NCBI GenBank assembly: GCA_022605425.2 | Contig: CM061251.1 | Coordinates: forward strand, 558,001 to 622,000 | From: Hamiltosporidium tvaerminnensis FI-OER-3-3 | Lineage: Eukaryota; Fungi; Microsporidia | DNA length: 64,000 nucleotides | Direction: 5' to 3' | In this document: one piece after another, positions 62,752 through 64,000 of the stretch | Numbering within the stretch: the stretch's first letter is position 1 | Layout: each line of letters begins with the position of its first letter | Made by a program: the position numbers and the translations under genes | The notes under the pieces: model-generated | Databases searched by the model: none | Told to the model about the DNA's origin: nothing | The model's input: the letters and a program-made list of their open reading frames with translations, nothing else

Positions 62752-64000
62752 GAATAAGAGAAAAAATACTTGGATCTTGATATTGTACTTTAAAAAATTA
62801 CCAAAATAATGTTAATTAAATTTATAACAAATTTTATGTATATATGTGTCAGTTATATAAATTGTGTCAATGTAATATAAAATTAGCTTTAGATTCTCAT
62901 CAATCTTCTTTTACATGAAACTTAATGAAGTAAACATTGCATCGGATTTCTCTATATTTGGTTTAATTTATTAAAAATAATATTTCAATTATATTAAATT
63001 CAAGATATTTGATGTTTTTTATATTTTATGATATCCATGAATTTGTTTTTAGATTCAAGAGATTAAAGAATATTAAACCTCCGTAAAAAATAAAATATAA
63101 TTGAATCTGATCAACTAATAAGCATTATAACTAAAATTTTATATAATGAATTGTATTGTGGGTTTTTAATTATATTCGGAATGTTTATCAAAATAATTTG
63201 TGTTTTTTATAACAGGTATGTATTTTAGTCATAATAATATACCATCAAGGTTTATTTGGACATTAAAGCTTCAAAATCAAACTACAGATTAATGAGGCAT
63301 AAAAAATGATTTCATAAAAATTTATACCGTTTTTTGGCGAAATTTAATTATAAGTCTGAAATATAACCATTATTGATTTATTAGCTGCTCTGATGAAATG
63401 AAAAATGATAGAATCTTGATTATAAATGAGATTCGTAAAATCTCTTAGTAACGGTATGATAACGTTTTTTTTTACATTAGAAATTAGAAATTAAAAACCA
63501 TCGATTTCTAAAATTAAACGTGGATCTAAACTCTAAAATATTATGAATAAGTAAGCTAATAATTTCATGGCTTTTTTATTGATTGAATGAACATATCTGT
63601 GCATTAAAAGGAATCCGAAAATATAAAATTTTGATTTAGATATTGTTTAAATCCAGGGATTATATGATCATCGAACAAGATTATTATCATTTACACCTGA
63701 TTTCCGACCCATAGGCGCTTTATTTCATTACATATTTTTAAAATCGCATTTTTATTAAAGGTATGGACTCGTTTTGATACGAATATAAACGTTGATTTAA
63801 CATAAATAAGAATTTGAAAAGTAAGAATACAGTCGAGGTATTTAACTCAAAATTATTTTGGCGAAAAAAAATATTCAAGCATCCAATAAAACTTGTAATT
63901 CGATTTCTTGGGCCACGAATACTATATGAAATCTAAGAGGATCAATATTAAGTCAAATCATCGAAATATATAAATCAATAATATACAAAAGAAAAATTAA

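Overview
Very AT-rich, gene-sparse eukaryotic DNA read in the standard code. It is most likely a large-genome microsporidian (Hamiltosporidium-like; inference from CCC motifs just upstream of ATGs, compact divergent genes, an LRR family, a class II photolyase and the transposon content). About 15 protein genes are present: two LRR paralogues, two inverted near-identical SRP72-like genes, a bHLH plus C4HC3-finger protein, NC2-alpha, CPD photolyase, a homeobox protein, Erf4/GOLGA7-like, Ndc1-like, beta-adaptin, a frameshifted Rad21/Rec8 kleisin and several hypotheticals. There is also one tRNA-His and a glyoxalase II-like pseudogene. Mobile DNA includes an intact DD34E Tc1/IS630 element, a decayed hAT element carrying three nested insertions, a hAT MITE, an integrase relic and RLE-type non-LTR remnants. 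The most striking unexplained signal is a dispersed non-coding family with at least 10 copies in 64 kb: seven of ~700 bp and three of ~220 bp that share a ~110-bp terminal module. The copies are strongly diverged yet full length, GC-enriched, and lack ORFs, TIRs and TSDs, so they are candidates for an undescribed multicopy structured-RNA or cis-element system. All alignments and counts were done by eye and need computational confirmation.
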